Origin: Candidatus Latescibacterota bacterium
GTDB lineage: Bacteria; Krumholzibacteriota; Krumholzibacteriia; WVZY01
Direction: 5' to 3'
NCBI GenBank assembly: GCA_963791045.1
Contig: CAWBQK010000004.1
Span: 1-64,000 of the forward strand
DNA length: 64,000 bases
In this document: one piece after another, positions 27,151 through 36,850 of the stretch
Position numbering within the stretch: position 1 is the first letter of the stretch
Layout of the letters: every line of letters starts with the position of its first letter
The notes under the pieces: generated by a model
The model's database searches: none
The model's input: the letters and a program-made list of their open reading frames with translations, nothing else
What the model was told of the DNA's origin: nothing
Translations under genes and position numbers: made by a program

Positions 27151-28433
27151 CGGACGATCAAAAGAAGGCGCTCTCGCTTCTGGCCGATCGAATGAACGGC
27201 AAGCTGCGAACGCATCTCAATAGCTGTGTCCACTGCGGGCTCTGTGACGAGTCATGCCACTATTACCTTCGCTACCGCGATCCTAAATACGTCCCCGGAA
27301 ACAAGGTCGACCAGATCGCCAGCGTCTACCGCCGTTATCACACCGTCCTCGGGAAATTGATCCCAAAGTGGGTGGGCGCGCGCGATCTCAACGATGAAAC
27401 AATCGAAGAGATGATCGATGTGCTATTCGGTGGGTGCAGTATGTGCGGCCGCTGTGCCGTTCACTGCTCGGTCGGCGTCGACATCCCCTACCTCGTTCGA
27501 ACGGCCCGCTCGATGCTCGTCGAGTTGGGTCTGGTCCCCGAGGGCCTGCAGTCGACTATCGATGCGGCGATCAACACCGGGAACAACATGGGGATTCCCC
27601 GCGAAGAACTCGTCGATACGCTCGAATGGCTCGACGAAGACATCAAGATGGAGGTCGAGGACGACAAAGCGGGCATCCCCCTCGACGCCCACGGCAAAAA
27701 CGTCCTCTATACCTTGAATCCTCGGGAGCCGAAGTTTTTCCCCATGTCGATCAGCGCGATGGCAAAGATCTATTACGCGGCGGGCGAGAGCTGGACGATC
27801 TCGACCCACTGTTACGATGTGACCAACTACGCGTACTATTCCGGAGATGTCCCGGCCGCGCGCGAGCTCACCCAGCGGCTTTTCGACGAGGTTGAGAAAT
27901 TGGACGCCCAGACGCTTGTCCTCGCGGAATGCGGCCACGGATCGCGCTCGATCCGCTGGGAGGGCCCGGGGTGGATCGAGAAGGCATATCCCTACAAGGT
28001 CATCACGGTCATCGAACTCATCGCCGAATACATCCACACCGGGCGAATCAAGCTCGATCCGACGAAGAATACCAAGCGAGTCACCCTCCACGACCCGTGC
28101 AATCTGGTTCGTTCCGGCGGTGTGATAGAGGAACAGCGTTACGCCCTCAAAAACGCCTGCATGGACTTTGTGGAAATGACACCCAACCGCGCGGACAACT
28201 TCTGCTGCGGCGGAGGCGGCGGGCAGCTTTCGATGGGTGAGTACAGGGAGAGACGGGTCGACGCGGGACAGATCAAGGCGGACCAGATACGCGCAACCGG
28301 CGCCAACATCGTCGCCACGCCATGCCACAACTGCATCGATCAGCTAATGGAGCTCAACCAGGTCTACGAACTCGGCGTGGAAATCAAAACCGTCGGCGAG
28401 ATCGTCGCCGAAGCCGTCGTCCTCGACAAGTAG
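27129..28433 (+). CDS. DsrK/HdrD-like Fe-S oxidoreductase with CCG domains
   Basis: CVHCGLCDESC and CSMCGRCAVHC 4Fe-4S motifs; degenerate first CCG (AECGHG) and intact second CCG (HDPC...CCGGGGG...CHNC). Start MGNTTT at 27129. Confidence 0.85.
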   Translation: MGNTTTLTDDQKKALSLLADRMNGKLRTHLNSCVHCGLCDESCHYYLRYRDPKYVPGNKVDQIASVYRRYHTVLGKLIPKWVGARDLNDETIEEMIDVLFGGCSMCGRCAVHCSVGVDIPYLVRTARSMLVELGLVPEGLQSTIDAAINTGNNMGIPREELVDTLEWLDEDIKMEVEDDKAGIPLDAHGKNVLYTLNPREPKFFPMSISAMAKIYYAAGESWTISTHCYDVTNYAYYSGDVPAARELTQRLFDEVEKLDAQTLVLAECGHGSRSIRWEGPGWIEKAYPYKVITVIELIAEYIHTGRIKLDPTKNTKRVTLHDPCNLVRSGGVIEEQRYALKNACMDFVEMTPNRADNFCCGGGGGQLSMGEYRERRVDAGQIKADQIRATGANIVATPCHNCIDQLMELNQVYELGVEIKTVGEIVAEAVVLDK

Positions 28434-28434
28434 C

Positions 28435-29607
28435 CTATTTCCCTACCTTATCCCTCAAAGTCGCAATCTCGCGAACCGCTTCGACAGCAAGATCAACGTG
28501 GGCCTCGGTATTGAAAGGACCGATACTGAGCCGCACCGTTCCTTTGAGCTTGTCCGTGCCGATATGCTCGTGGACCAGCGGCGCGCACTGGAGTCCCGTG
28601 CGGCAGGCGATATTGTAGTCGACGTCGAGCATCGTACCGACATGGCTGCACTCCATTCCGTCGATATTGAAACTCAAGACGGCGATATGATCCTCGGGGC
28701 CGTCCGCACAGTACGTCGTGATGCCTTCCGTCTCTTCGAGCCCTTTTCGGAGCTTGTTCCACAAACCGATTTCGTTGTTGTGGATGTTTTCCATACCTTC
28801 TTCTTCGATCCACTGCTGTCCCGCATTGAGCCCGGCAACGCCAATGATATTCAGCGTTCCGTTCTCCATCCGGTATGGGAATTCTTCAAGATGATAAGGG
28901 TAAGCCGAGCGCACACCGGTCCCGCCAAAACGCGTCCCGCGGATCGGAACTTCCTCGCCGATGTATGACCCGCCGATTCCCGTCGGCCCCATGAGCCCCT
29001 TGTGCCCCGTGAATGCGAGAAGATCGATATTCATCGTGTACACGTCAATAGGACGCACACCGGCCGTCTGACTCGAATCGACGGCGAAGTAGACACCGGC
29101 GTCCCGGCAGATCTTGCCGATCTCTGTTATCGGCTGGACGGTGCCGATCACATTCGAACCGTGATTGACCACGACTAGTTTCGTGTTCTTCTGGATCGCC
29201 TTCTTTATGTCCCCGGGATCGACGAATCCGCGTTCGTCGAACGGGACTTCGGTGAGTTCAATCCCGTTGTCGCGCACCAGGTGGTGGAGCGGCCGGAGCA
29301 CCGAGTTGTGCTCGACCATGGTCGTGATCGCATGGTCGCCTTTGTCGAGCATACCCATAATAATCATATTCAGAGAATCGGAAGCGTTGTAGCTGTAGGT
29401 GAGGCGGTTTGGATCGGTGCCGTTGAAGAATGCCGTCAACATCTTGCGCGTGTTGTGGACGATCTCTTCGGTGGCCATGCACGCGTCATATCCCGAACGC
29501 CCGGGATTGACCCCGTGCTTCTGATAAAATTCATGCATGAAATCATAAACGAGCTTGGGTTTTGGAAACGTTGTCGCCGCGTTGTCTAGATATACCAACC
29601 CTTCCAT
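28435..29607 (-). CDS. Cysteine desulfurase-family protein (aminotransferase class V)
   Basis: YLDNAATTFPKP, EHNSV.RP, SNVIG, D.SQTAG, FTGHKGLMGP.G.G (PLP Lys) and RTGLQCAP (catalytic Cys). Start MEGLVY at 29607. Confidence 0.9.
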   Translation of the reverse strand: MEGLVYLDNAATTFPKPKLVYDFMHEFYQKHGVNPGRSGYDACMATEEIVHNTRKMLTAFFNGTDPNRLTYSYNASDSLNMIIMGMLDKGDHAITTMVEHNSVLRPLHHLVRDNGIELTEVPFDERGFVDPGDIKKAIQKNTKLVVVNHGSNVIGTVQPITEIGKICRDAGVYFAVDSSQTAGVRPIDVYTMNIDLLAFTGHKGLMGPTGIGGSYIGEEVPIRGTRFGGTGVRSAYPYHLEEFPYRMENGTLNIIGVAGLNAGQQWIEEEGMENIHNNEIGLWNKLRKGLEETEGITTYCADGPEDHIAVLSFNIDGMECSHVGTMLDVDYNIACRTGLQCAPLVHEHIGTDKLKGTVRLSIGPFNTEAHVDLAVEAVREIATLRDKVGK

Positions 29608-29784
29608 TGATTCTCCTCGCTTGTGTGAACGCTTAGTGTGCCAAGCTTTTTCTGGTGGGTTTCCAAGATTAACAGTGTATCGAGGGCATGTCAACGCCTC
29701 GAGTAACGCGCGTTATCGCGCCCTTCAGCGCCTCCCCGCCGGTTTCCCTTTGCCGCCCGCGCCGCCGGGGCGTACAATCGCCGC

Positions 29785-30882
29785 ATGTCCGGCACACCCC
29801 AATATGACCCGCAATTCGTCGTTCCGCTCGAGCATGCGAAGAAGGATTTTCTCGAAGTCCTTCTCCACGAATTCGAGCTGCGCACCCACGGCGACGGCAT
29901 CCGTCTCGTCGTTTCGTTCGACGCCAACACCCCGGCGATTGGTTCTAGCGAGGGACGCCGACACGTCCGCACGCGTACCTTCGGCTTTGCCGCACAAGCC
30001 GCCGTCCACCGCGCGGCGCTCGACCGTTTCCGCGCGGAGCGGCCGAAGGTGTTTTCTTTCAACGACCCGCGGTTCCCTTTTCGATATGTTAGCGGCGGCG
30101 TCCTGCCCGTTGTTGAAGTCCAGGGCGTGGACCACTACTGCTTAATATATCGAGAGTGCTTCCCCGTCGGATGGAATCTCGCAAACGGCGCCTCGGATAA
30201 TCTTCGCGAACTCCTCGATCCGTTCATCACCGTTGGCCGTGAGCTTCGCGAGGAACTCATCATCGTCGACCCGACGCACAAACGCCGCTTCGTTTTTGCA
30301 GGGGACGGGGATGCGTCGATCGACACTCACGAGGCCGACACGGCCCTCGCCCTCTGGCGCGAGCGCTTCGCCGCTTCGACGGAATCGTCGCTGGACTCGT
30401 TCATTGACGTTCCTCTCGCCGTCGAATGGATCGATGGTCCCGACACCGTTGAAGCCACCGCCGCCGGAGAAGGACCGAACGTGACATCCGGTTGTTTTCT
30501 GAATATCAACCCTGAAGACGGCGGGATTGAAGTGGATAGAATCGCTCGGTTCTCGCTCGACGAATCCACCGTTCTTTGTGACGGCGAGTTGACCGGCGCC
30601 CGACTGATCGATAGCGTCATTGGTCTGTTCGAGGTAAAACGGTTCAACCGTGCGCTTGAGGAGGGATCGACGGAATTTGTCCCCGATCGGTTTTTCTACG
30701 GCGGGGCGGCGCACTCGTCGACCACGCTTCCCCCTCTGGATGGGATTCTCCGTGAAGATTTCGTGCCGCGGATGCAGTCTTACATTCCAACGTGGGACCG
30801 CCGGGAGTGGGATGACGCGGCGTACAAGCTCGACCTTTGCCCCGCAACCCGCACGCTGGCAAAAAGGGCCGCCGCGCGCTGA
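29785..30882 (+). CDS. Hypothetical protein with a divergent Nudix-like motif
   Basis: SGGVLPVV...CLIYR...GWNLANGASD...RELREELII resembles a Nudix fold with a non-canonically spaced box. Confidence 0.5.
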   Translation: MSGTPQYDPQFVVPLEHAKKDFLEVLLHEFELRTHGDGIRLVVSFDANTPAIGSSEGRRHVRTRTFGFAAQAAVHRAALDRFRAERPKVFSFNDPRFPFRYVSGGVLPVVEVQGVDHYCLIYRECFPVGWNLANGASDNLRELLDPFITVGRELREELIIVDPTHKRRFVFAGDGDASIDTHEADTALALWRERFAASTESSLDSFIDVPLAVEWIDGPDTVEATAAGEGPNVTSGCFLNINPEDGGIEVDRIARFSLDESTVLCDGELTGARLIDSVIGLFEVKRFNRALEEGSTEFVPDRFFYGGAAHSSTTLPPLDGILREDFVPRMQSYIPTWDRREWDDAAYKLDLCPATRTLAKRAAAR

Positions 30883-30940
30883 ACGATCAGTTCAACCCAC
30901 GGCGGCCCTTCTTTTCGCGTTAGCCGTACCTGGCCAACCG

Positions 30941-32452
30941 CTATTTGATCATCACGAGTTTTCGGGTCATCGTGACATCGCCGGCGACAAGCCTCACAAA
31001 GTAGACTCCCGTAGCCACCTGCACCCCCGCAGCGTCACGGCCGTCCCAAACAATCTTGTGGATACCAGCGGAAACCGCTTCGTCGCGAAGCGTCCGGACA
31101 AGAGCGCCTCGCGCATCGTACACCCGAAGTATCACCCGGCCGCTGTTGGAAATCTCGAACGGTATTGTCGTCGACGGATTGAACGGGTTTGGGTAATTTG
31201 AGAGCAGCCGTGGAAAACCGGTGAGATCATCGGCATCACCACCCACCGGATCCGCATCGACTCCGTTTTCCTCTTGCGAAGACAGCACGAGCGGAACCGG
31301 CGCCCCCATCTCAAAAATGTCCGGTACGAGAAACGGCTCGCCCGCAGGGCTCGTGTATTGGAAGCCGATCGGTCCGAAGAGTGTCTCGTTTGCGGTCGCG
31401 GCATCGCCAGGCGTCATTTCCTGGACAATAACTCCGACGGCGCGGGATGAGAAGAACACTGCGAGGTCATCGTGACCATCGCCGTCGTGATCGACAATGG
31501 CAAAGCGTTCGGGTTTGATCGTTGAACGCGCGTTGCCAACATAGATCCGATCAGGGTCGAGCGCCACCGCGTCGAAGCCCTCTTTGACGAGAACCTCACC
31601 CTTCTTCTTGTCCATCCGGATCTTTGGCGGAATGGTGGGAATAACGAAGGCAAATTCGCCCGACGCCGGATCGAGCTCGAGACCGTTGGGCGAAAAACCC
31701 ACCGACGCGAATGCCCGTCCTTCCGATTGATCGTGCGGCACGCGGACGTATGCTGTATCCGACGCCGAATTACCCGCGCAGTCCGTCGCCGTGTACACCA
31801 TCGAATAGACCCGGCCCTCTCCCCCTCCGCGGCGTTCCGAGCGAAGCTTGAACACCGTATCACGCGTGCCCTGGATTGCGCCCTGTATATCGTCCACGGT
31901 ATCGCCGTCGCCGATATCATTATCCGGTTCGTTGCTCCAAATCGAATCGAGAACGACGGTTGGAGACCCGGGACAGCAATCACGCGTGACGGCCACAACG
32001 GCGAAAATATCGACCATCGCGTGATTCGGCGGCCAGAGTATATCACGGTTGAGATTGACTGATAGCTGAGGCGGCGTGGTGTCCTCCACAGTCACATAAA
32101 CGGTGTCCGAGGCATCGAGCGTTCCGTCCGAGACCATGAGAACCACCATCGTACTTCCAAGATCGAAGCCGCCCGCGGTAACAGCCGTTGCCGGATTGTC
32201 GAATATTACCCCGTCGGCCGACCACGAGTATGTCAACGCATCACCGTCAGGGTCGAAAGAGCCCGTTCCATCGAGTTGAACCGATGTTTTCCATTGTGAG
32301 AAAAACGAACCCGCGCACTCGACGGTGGTATCCCGCCCGCCGTCAGCAACCGGCGGAGCGTTGAACGTTTGATCCTCCTCGGAAGATGCGTTGAACGCCA
32401 AAATGATCGAACTCAACAGAAGACACACGACGGCAAATCCTCGGCGGCGCAT
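30941..32452 (-). CDS. Secreted PKD/Ig-like protein with C-terminal FlgD-Ig domain
   Basis: Start MRRRGF at 32452 (GGAGGAG RBS), signal peptide, NAPPVADGG...LDGTGSFDPDGDALTYSW (PKD), LWPPNH domain and NYPNPFNPST...GVYFVRL...RKLVMIK. Confidence 0.8.
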   Translation of the reverse strand: MRRRGFAVVCLLLSSIILAFNASSEEDQTFNAPPVADGGRDTTVECAGSFFSQWKTSVQLDGTGSFDPDGDALTYSWSADGVIFDNPATAVTAGGFDLGSTMVVLMVSDGTLDASDTVYVTVEDTTPPQLSVNLNRDILWPPNHAMVDIFAVVAVTRDCCPGSPTVVLDSIWSNEPDNDIGDGDTVDDIQGAIQGTRDTVFKLRSERRGGGEGRVYSMVYTATDCAGNSASDTAYVRVPHDQSEGRAFASVGFSPNGLELDPASGEFAFVIPTIPPKIRMDKKKGEVLVKEGFDAVALDPDRIYVGNARSTIKPERFAIVDHDGDGHDDLAVFFSSRAVGVIVQEMTPGDAATANETLFGPIGFQYTSPAGEPFLVPDIFEMGAPVPLVLSSQEENGVDADPVGGDADDLTGFPRLLSNYPNPFNPSTTIPFEISNSGRVILRVYDARGALVRTLRDEAVSAGIHKIVWDGRDAAGVQVATGVYFVRLVAGDVTMTRKLVMIK

Positions 32453-32782
32453 GTCACTCCTCCTCTCGCACTTTTCGATGTATGGTCGCAATCACGGGGT
32501 ATGAACGAGACGCACCTGTGCCCGAACGCCGAAGTGCGGGCGCAGAAAATCGGCAAAAAATCTTCCTTGCTGAATCTGACCGTAGACCGGCCGCGGCGGG
32601 ACCGCCGCTTCGAGCAGCGATTGGGTGCATTTCGATACCGTGATGTTCTATGGTTAACCGCGAATGATGCTGAATGCCCCACCGTCGCCATGGCGGCGAC
32701 GGCGATGCATAATACCACAGATCGTCATATGCGTCAATATATTACCGGACTTACCTGCGAATCCACTCAAACACAATGCCGC

Positions 32783-33151
32783 CTAGCGGCCTTTCTTGAT
32801 CACTCTTTTCACCTCAGAGAGCTGGGCCTTGTTCTCACGGTACTCGTGTTCGAGCCGTTCGAGCTTTTCGAGCTCATCGAGGATCGCCGTGTACCGCGCG
32901 AAAAGGCTCTCGCCCTTGCTGCGTTTGTGGAGAATGACAACGCGTTTGCCAATCTTCTCATAGGTCTCGGTCATCTCGTGCTGGAGCGCCCGGTCGTTCC
33001 TCTGAAGCGAAATGAACTCCGGTGTATCCGACACTGCCTGCGACATCCGTCCGCCGACCTTTCGCGCCTCTTTCGTCGCGCGCTCGATTCCTTTGCGGAT
33101 TTGCTTGGACATCCTCGACTGCGCCGCTCCGGTCTTCTTGGGTTCCGCCAT
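32783..33151 (-). CDS. Small basic coiled-coil hypothetical protein
   Basis: AGGAGG RBS, 122-aa helical Lys/Glu-rich ORF directly downstream of the oxidoreductase pair. Confidence 0.6.
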   Translation of the reverse strand: MAEPKKTGAAQSRMSKQIRKGIERATKEARKVGGRMSQAVSDTPEFISLQRNDRALQHEMTETYEKIGKRVVILHKRSKGESLFARYTAILDELEKLERLEHEYRENKAQLSEVKRVIKKGR

Positions 33152-33214
33152 GACAATACCTCCTATGTCACAAAATTAGGGTGTCGCGACAAGATATGCA
33201 AAACGTGTTTCGGT

Positions 33215-34375
33215 CTATTTCAATGCTTCCGTCGCGGAGAAATCACGATCGAGCCTGAAGCTCGCAAAAACATCCCCATCGGTCACCGGTTTGCCCGTCT
33301 GCATAATGCTCACGAGATCCTCGGCTAGACCGGGTCCGAGCATAAGACCCTGCCCGCATAGACCGACGGCGTAGTGGCAACCGGCGATTCCCTCGACGCT
33401 CCCGACTATCGGAGAAGCGTCGGGTGTCTGCGGGTAGCACCCGCGCCAGATCCGGCGCACACGGATGTTGGCAAGTTTGGGCAGAAGATCGACCATCTTT
33501 TGCGACACGATAGGAAGGAATGTTGCGGTCGAACTCCGGTCGGTGCCCGGGAAGATTGGATCAGGCGTCAAACAAAACACAATCTGATTCTCGTCGCCCT
33601 GGTAGAAATAACAGTTCTTCGAACCGGGAGTGGTTCGAATGTCCACGATCAGTGGATCGAACAAGCGCCCCACAGGTTCGGTGATTCCCGCTTCATGCGA
33701 GTCGGGATTAACCGGCAGATCGATCCCAACCAGATTGCCGATTTCACGCGCGTTCGCGCCCGCCGCGTTCAACACATGGGCGCACGCGTAATCGCCCTTG
33801 TCCGTCGACACCGACGTCACGCAGCCGCCGCTGGTATTGATCGCGGTCACCGTCTCGTTGAAACGATACTCGACGCCTTCGTTCTTCGACTTAAAATAGA
33901 ATGCCGTTGCACACTTCAAGGGCGACAAATTGCCGTCATCCGGCGAATAGGTGCCGCCGCGCAGATCTTTGCGACGAATCCCCGGAACGTGATCCACGAT
34001 TTCATCGGGACCGAGCCAGTCGATATTGAGGCCGTGCGATTTTTGGATGTCGAGAAGCCCTTTGAGTGTGGCCTCATCCTTCTCGTTATAAACGGGAAAC
34101 ATGTACCCGCCTTTGCGCCAGGCAAGGTCATCGCCTTCTATTTCCCGCCACTGCGAGAACACGTCGATCGACCGCAAGCACACACGGATCTTTGCCGGGT
34201 CGGAGTGCGTCGCCCGGATCCCGCCGATGGCCGCCTTGGCCTCCCCCTGCGCCGCCGACGGTCGTTTGTCGAGCACAAGCACCGACATTCCCGCGCGCCT
34301 CGCATAGAGCGCCACGGGAAGTCCGATCGAGCCCGCTCCGATAATCACCAGGTCGTATGTTTTTGACGCCGTCAT
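33215..34375 (-). CDS. FAD-dependent oxidoreductase, sarcosine oxidase beta / dye-linked proline dehydrogenase beta-like
   Basis: IIGAGSIG FAD motif, GGIR, NAAGA.A, W.G.YPQTPD.SPIVG and G.CGQG.MLGP. Confidence 0.85.
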   Translation of the reverse strand: MTASKTYDLVIIGAGSIGLPVALYARRAGMSVLVLDKRPSAAQGEAKAAIGGIRATHSDPAKIRVCLRSIDVFSQWREIEGDDLAWRKGGYMFPVYNEKDEATLKGLLDIQKSHGLNIDWLGPDEIVDHVPGIRRKDLRGGTYSPDDGNLSPLKCATAFYFKSKNEGVEYRFNETVTAINTSGGCVTSVSTDKGDYACAHVLNAAGANAREIGNLVGIDLPVNPDSHEAGITEPVGRLFDPLIVDIRTTPGSKNCYFYQGDENQIVFCLTPDPIFPGTDRSSTATFLPIVSQKMVDLLPKLANIRVRRIWRGCYPQTPDASPIVGSVEGIAGCHYAVGLCGQGLMLGPGLAEDLVSIMQTGKPVTDGDVFASFRLDRDFSATEALK

Positions 34376-36531
34376 TCGCCACCCACCTCCCCATCTCCCT
34401 CATCCACACCGGCAAAGAGCCCAAGCGGCACCTCGGTCATAAGCGGCCGCTCGTTAAAACCGGTCACCTCTTCGCGCGGGATTCCCTCCTGCCTGAAAAT
34501 AGATTGAATCAACGCGCCGCATGTCTTTCCTCCGCACGCGCCCATCCCAACCGTAAGCATCGCCTTCATCTGATTCATATCCCGCACACCCTGCCGGATT
34601 GCGTCGCGTATTGCGCCAAGTGTAATTCTCTCGCACCTGCACACGATCGTGTCATCATCAAGCCCAGGCGGCAGCACCGTCTCGATCGGCTGACACACCG
34701 CCTCGTCCTGTATCCGAAAGCCCGCGATCTTTGTCGCGAGATCGGCGTCGACCTCTATCTTAACAAGAGTCTTCTTCTGAACCAGCTCGGCAAAACCTTC
34801 AATACTGAATTCCGACGGACGAACGGCATTGTCCCCCAACGCGGGCATCCGCCGCGGGCTGAGCTTGACGATCGGCGCGTCGCAGATAAAGTCGCCTTTT
34901 CGGCCTACCGCTTTCACGATATCGCCCTTTTTGAAATCAACAATCAGCTCCAGCGGCACGGTCACATGCGCCTTGCCCTCGGGAACCCTCTTCTTCGAAC
35001 GGTCGACGAGGGTTATCGCCAGCGCCGGACACGCGATCACGCACTTCGCGCAGCCGTTGCACGCGCCGGTGTGCTCGGGCGGTTCGAGAATGCCGCCACC
35101 GAGAATCTTTATCGCACCCTCGCTGCAGACTTCCGCGCATGGGTTGCACGGAATCGATTCCGTGCACCACATCACCGGGTGGGTGTCGCCGTCCGTCTCG
35201 GGGATCACGACGTCGATGTTCTCGCGGCCGGGTTTTGATTTCAAAAGCTCGGTCATCGTCTCCCACTCTTTGGGAACGTCGACATCACGACCGTACTGTT
35301 TGGCAATCCGTCGCGCGACAAGGCGGCCCGAGAACATTGCCGCCGACGCCTCCGCAATCTCTTCGGCGTCTCCCGCCACGTGGGAATCGAGACCAAACTT
35401 GAGCGCAGCCCTGTGGAACTCGCTTATCGACTCGAGTCCGACGGCGATGAGAATCGTGTCGCACGCATAGGTCCGGTATGTGCCGGGTATGACGTTCCAC
35501 TTGTCGTCGACCTCGGCAACCGTTACCGATTCGACGGCGTCCTTGCCGTTTGCCGAAACAACCGTGGTCGATGTGTAAATCGGCACACCAAGACGCCGGA
35601 GCTTGTCGCCGTGAACCCAGTATCCGCCGATATCCGGCATCGCTTCGATGAGCCCTACAACGGCGATGCCCGCCTGGATGGCGTGATAGCCGGCAATCGT
35701 TCCGACGTTGCCGCCGCCGACAATAAAAAGTTTTTCCGATGGTCTTACGAGATCGCGATTGAGAAGCGTCTGAAACGCGCCCGCGCCATAGACGCCGGGC
35801 AGATCGCACCCGGGGAAGACGAGTGCTTTTTCGCGCGCGCCGGCGGCCACAAGAAGGCTCTTCGGTTTGATCAGTTTGTATTCGTCTCTGCTAACGACAC
35901 CGACCTTGCTCTCGGCGAACACACCGACAGCCATCGTGGATGACATGATGGTGATGTTGTCGCGCTGCATCACTTCATGAGCAAGAATCTTCGCGATGTC
36001 TATACCGCGTGTACCCGCGTAACAGTCTTTGACCGACCCAAAGAACGGGTGGGTCTGGAGAACGAGCTTGCCGCCGAGCGTGTCCTTGTCGTCGACGACA
36101 ATAACGGACATCCCCGCGTCGGCCGCCTCGATCGCGCCGCCAAGACCCGACGGTCCGCCACCTACGATGAGAAGATCGCACGAGAGTTCTTCAATGTCGT
36201 GGAGATCAACCGCTTCCCTGTCGAGATCGGGCAGCCCCGGGACACTGACGAGCGGCTGGACCTGCATTCCCTCTCTTACCGGCTCCATACACGCCTTGAC
36301 CGGTCGGCCATCGGCGATCACCAGGCACTGGGCGCACTGTCCGTTCGCGCAGAATATCCCCTGTGGGGCGCCGTCGTGCGGATGGAGCCCAAAGGTGCGG
36401 ATCCCATTGGCGAAGAGCGCGCTCGATACCATTTCTCCCTTACGGGCGGTGAGCGGCTTTCCCTGGAAGTGAAACGTAACTCTTTCGATTTCGGGAACTT
36501 GTATGACGGGGTGTTCTTCGACTCGCCTCAT
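34372..36531 (-). CDS. Fused (2Fe-2S) / FAD oxidoreductase / 4Fe-4S / BFD-like subunit (sarcosine oxidase alpha / proline dehydrogenase alpha-like)
   Basis: GIFCANGQCAQC...KAC (Fer2_4), VGGGPSG, AAGARE..LVFPG.DLPGV, CNPCAEVC / CNGCAKCVIAC and VCRCER...GMGACGGKTC. Overlaps the beta subunit (ATGA). Confidence 0.85.
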   Translation of the reverse strand: MRRVEEHPVIQVPEIERVTFHFQGKPLTARKGEMVSSALFANGIRTFGLHPHDGAPQGIFCANGQCAQCLVIADGRPVKACMEPVREGMQVQPLVSVPGLPDLDREAVDLHDIEELSCDLLIVGGGPSGLGGAIEAADAGMSVIVVDDKDTLGGKLVLQTHPFFGSVKDCYAGTRGIDIAKILAHEVMQRDNITIMSSTMAVGVFAESKVGVVSRDEYKLIKPKSLLVAAGAREKALVFPGCDLPGVYGAGAFQTLLNRDLVRPSEKLFIVGGGNVGTIAGYHAIQAGIAVVGLIEAMPDIGGYWVHGDKLRRLGVPIYTSTTVVSANGKDAVESVTVAEVDDKWNVIPGTYRTYACDTILIAVGLESISEFHRAALKFGLDSHVAGDAEEIAEASAAMFSGRLVARRIAKQYGRDVDVPKEWETMTELLKSKPGRENIDVVIPETDGDTHPVMWCTESIPCNPCAEVCSEGAIKILGGGILEPPEHTGACNGCAKCVIACPALAITLVDRSKKRVPEGKAHVTVPLELIVDFKKGDIVKAVGRKGDFICDAPIVKLSPRRMPALGDNAVRPSEFSIEGFAELVQKKTLVKIEVDADLATKIAGFRIQDEAVCQPIETVLPPGLDDDTIVCRCERITLGAIRDAIRQGVRDMNQMKAMLTVGMGACGGKTCGALIQSIFRQEGIPREEVTGFNERPLMTEVPLGLFAGVDEGDGEVGGE

Positions 36532-36850
36532 TCAATCAACCTCTTCTGTCTCCCACCGACGCGTTGGCTGTCGTTGTATATTCCGCTAGTATGATTGCAG
36601 TTAGCGGTATTTTCAAGCAAAGATTTTGGTGGTTGGGCGCGCGGCGGCGCCGCCTGATACTGGACCCAACATAACACAAAATGACCTTGAATCCCATACC
36701 CTGCCATCAGCCGTGAGTGGTATAATCCGGCCTCAAAACAACAAGACACGATTTCCATGTGGAGGCGGACGACTTGTCGCAGTACGAAATTAGACTTTTT
36801 TCAACAGTCTGCTTGGGCATCGACACGCCAGCGGAAAGGGCGGGTAAAAA

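Noticed and set aside
26176-28433. Evidence of dissimilatory sulfate or sulfite reduction
   Set aside because: No dsrAB, aprAB, sat or dsrJOP in the window; DsrCMK-like genes alone do not establish that metabolism.
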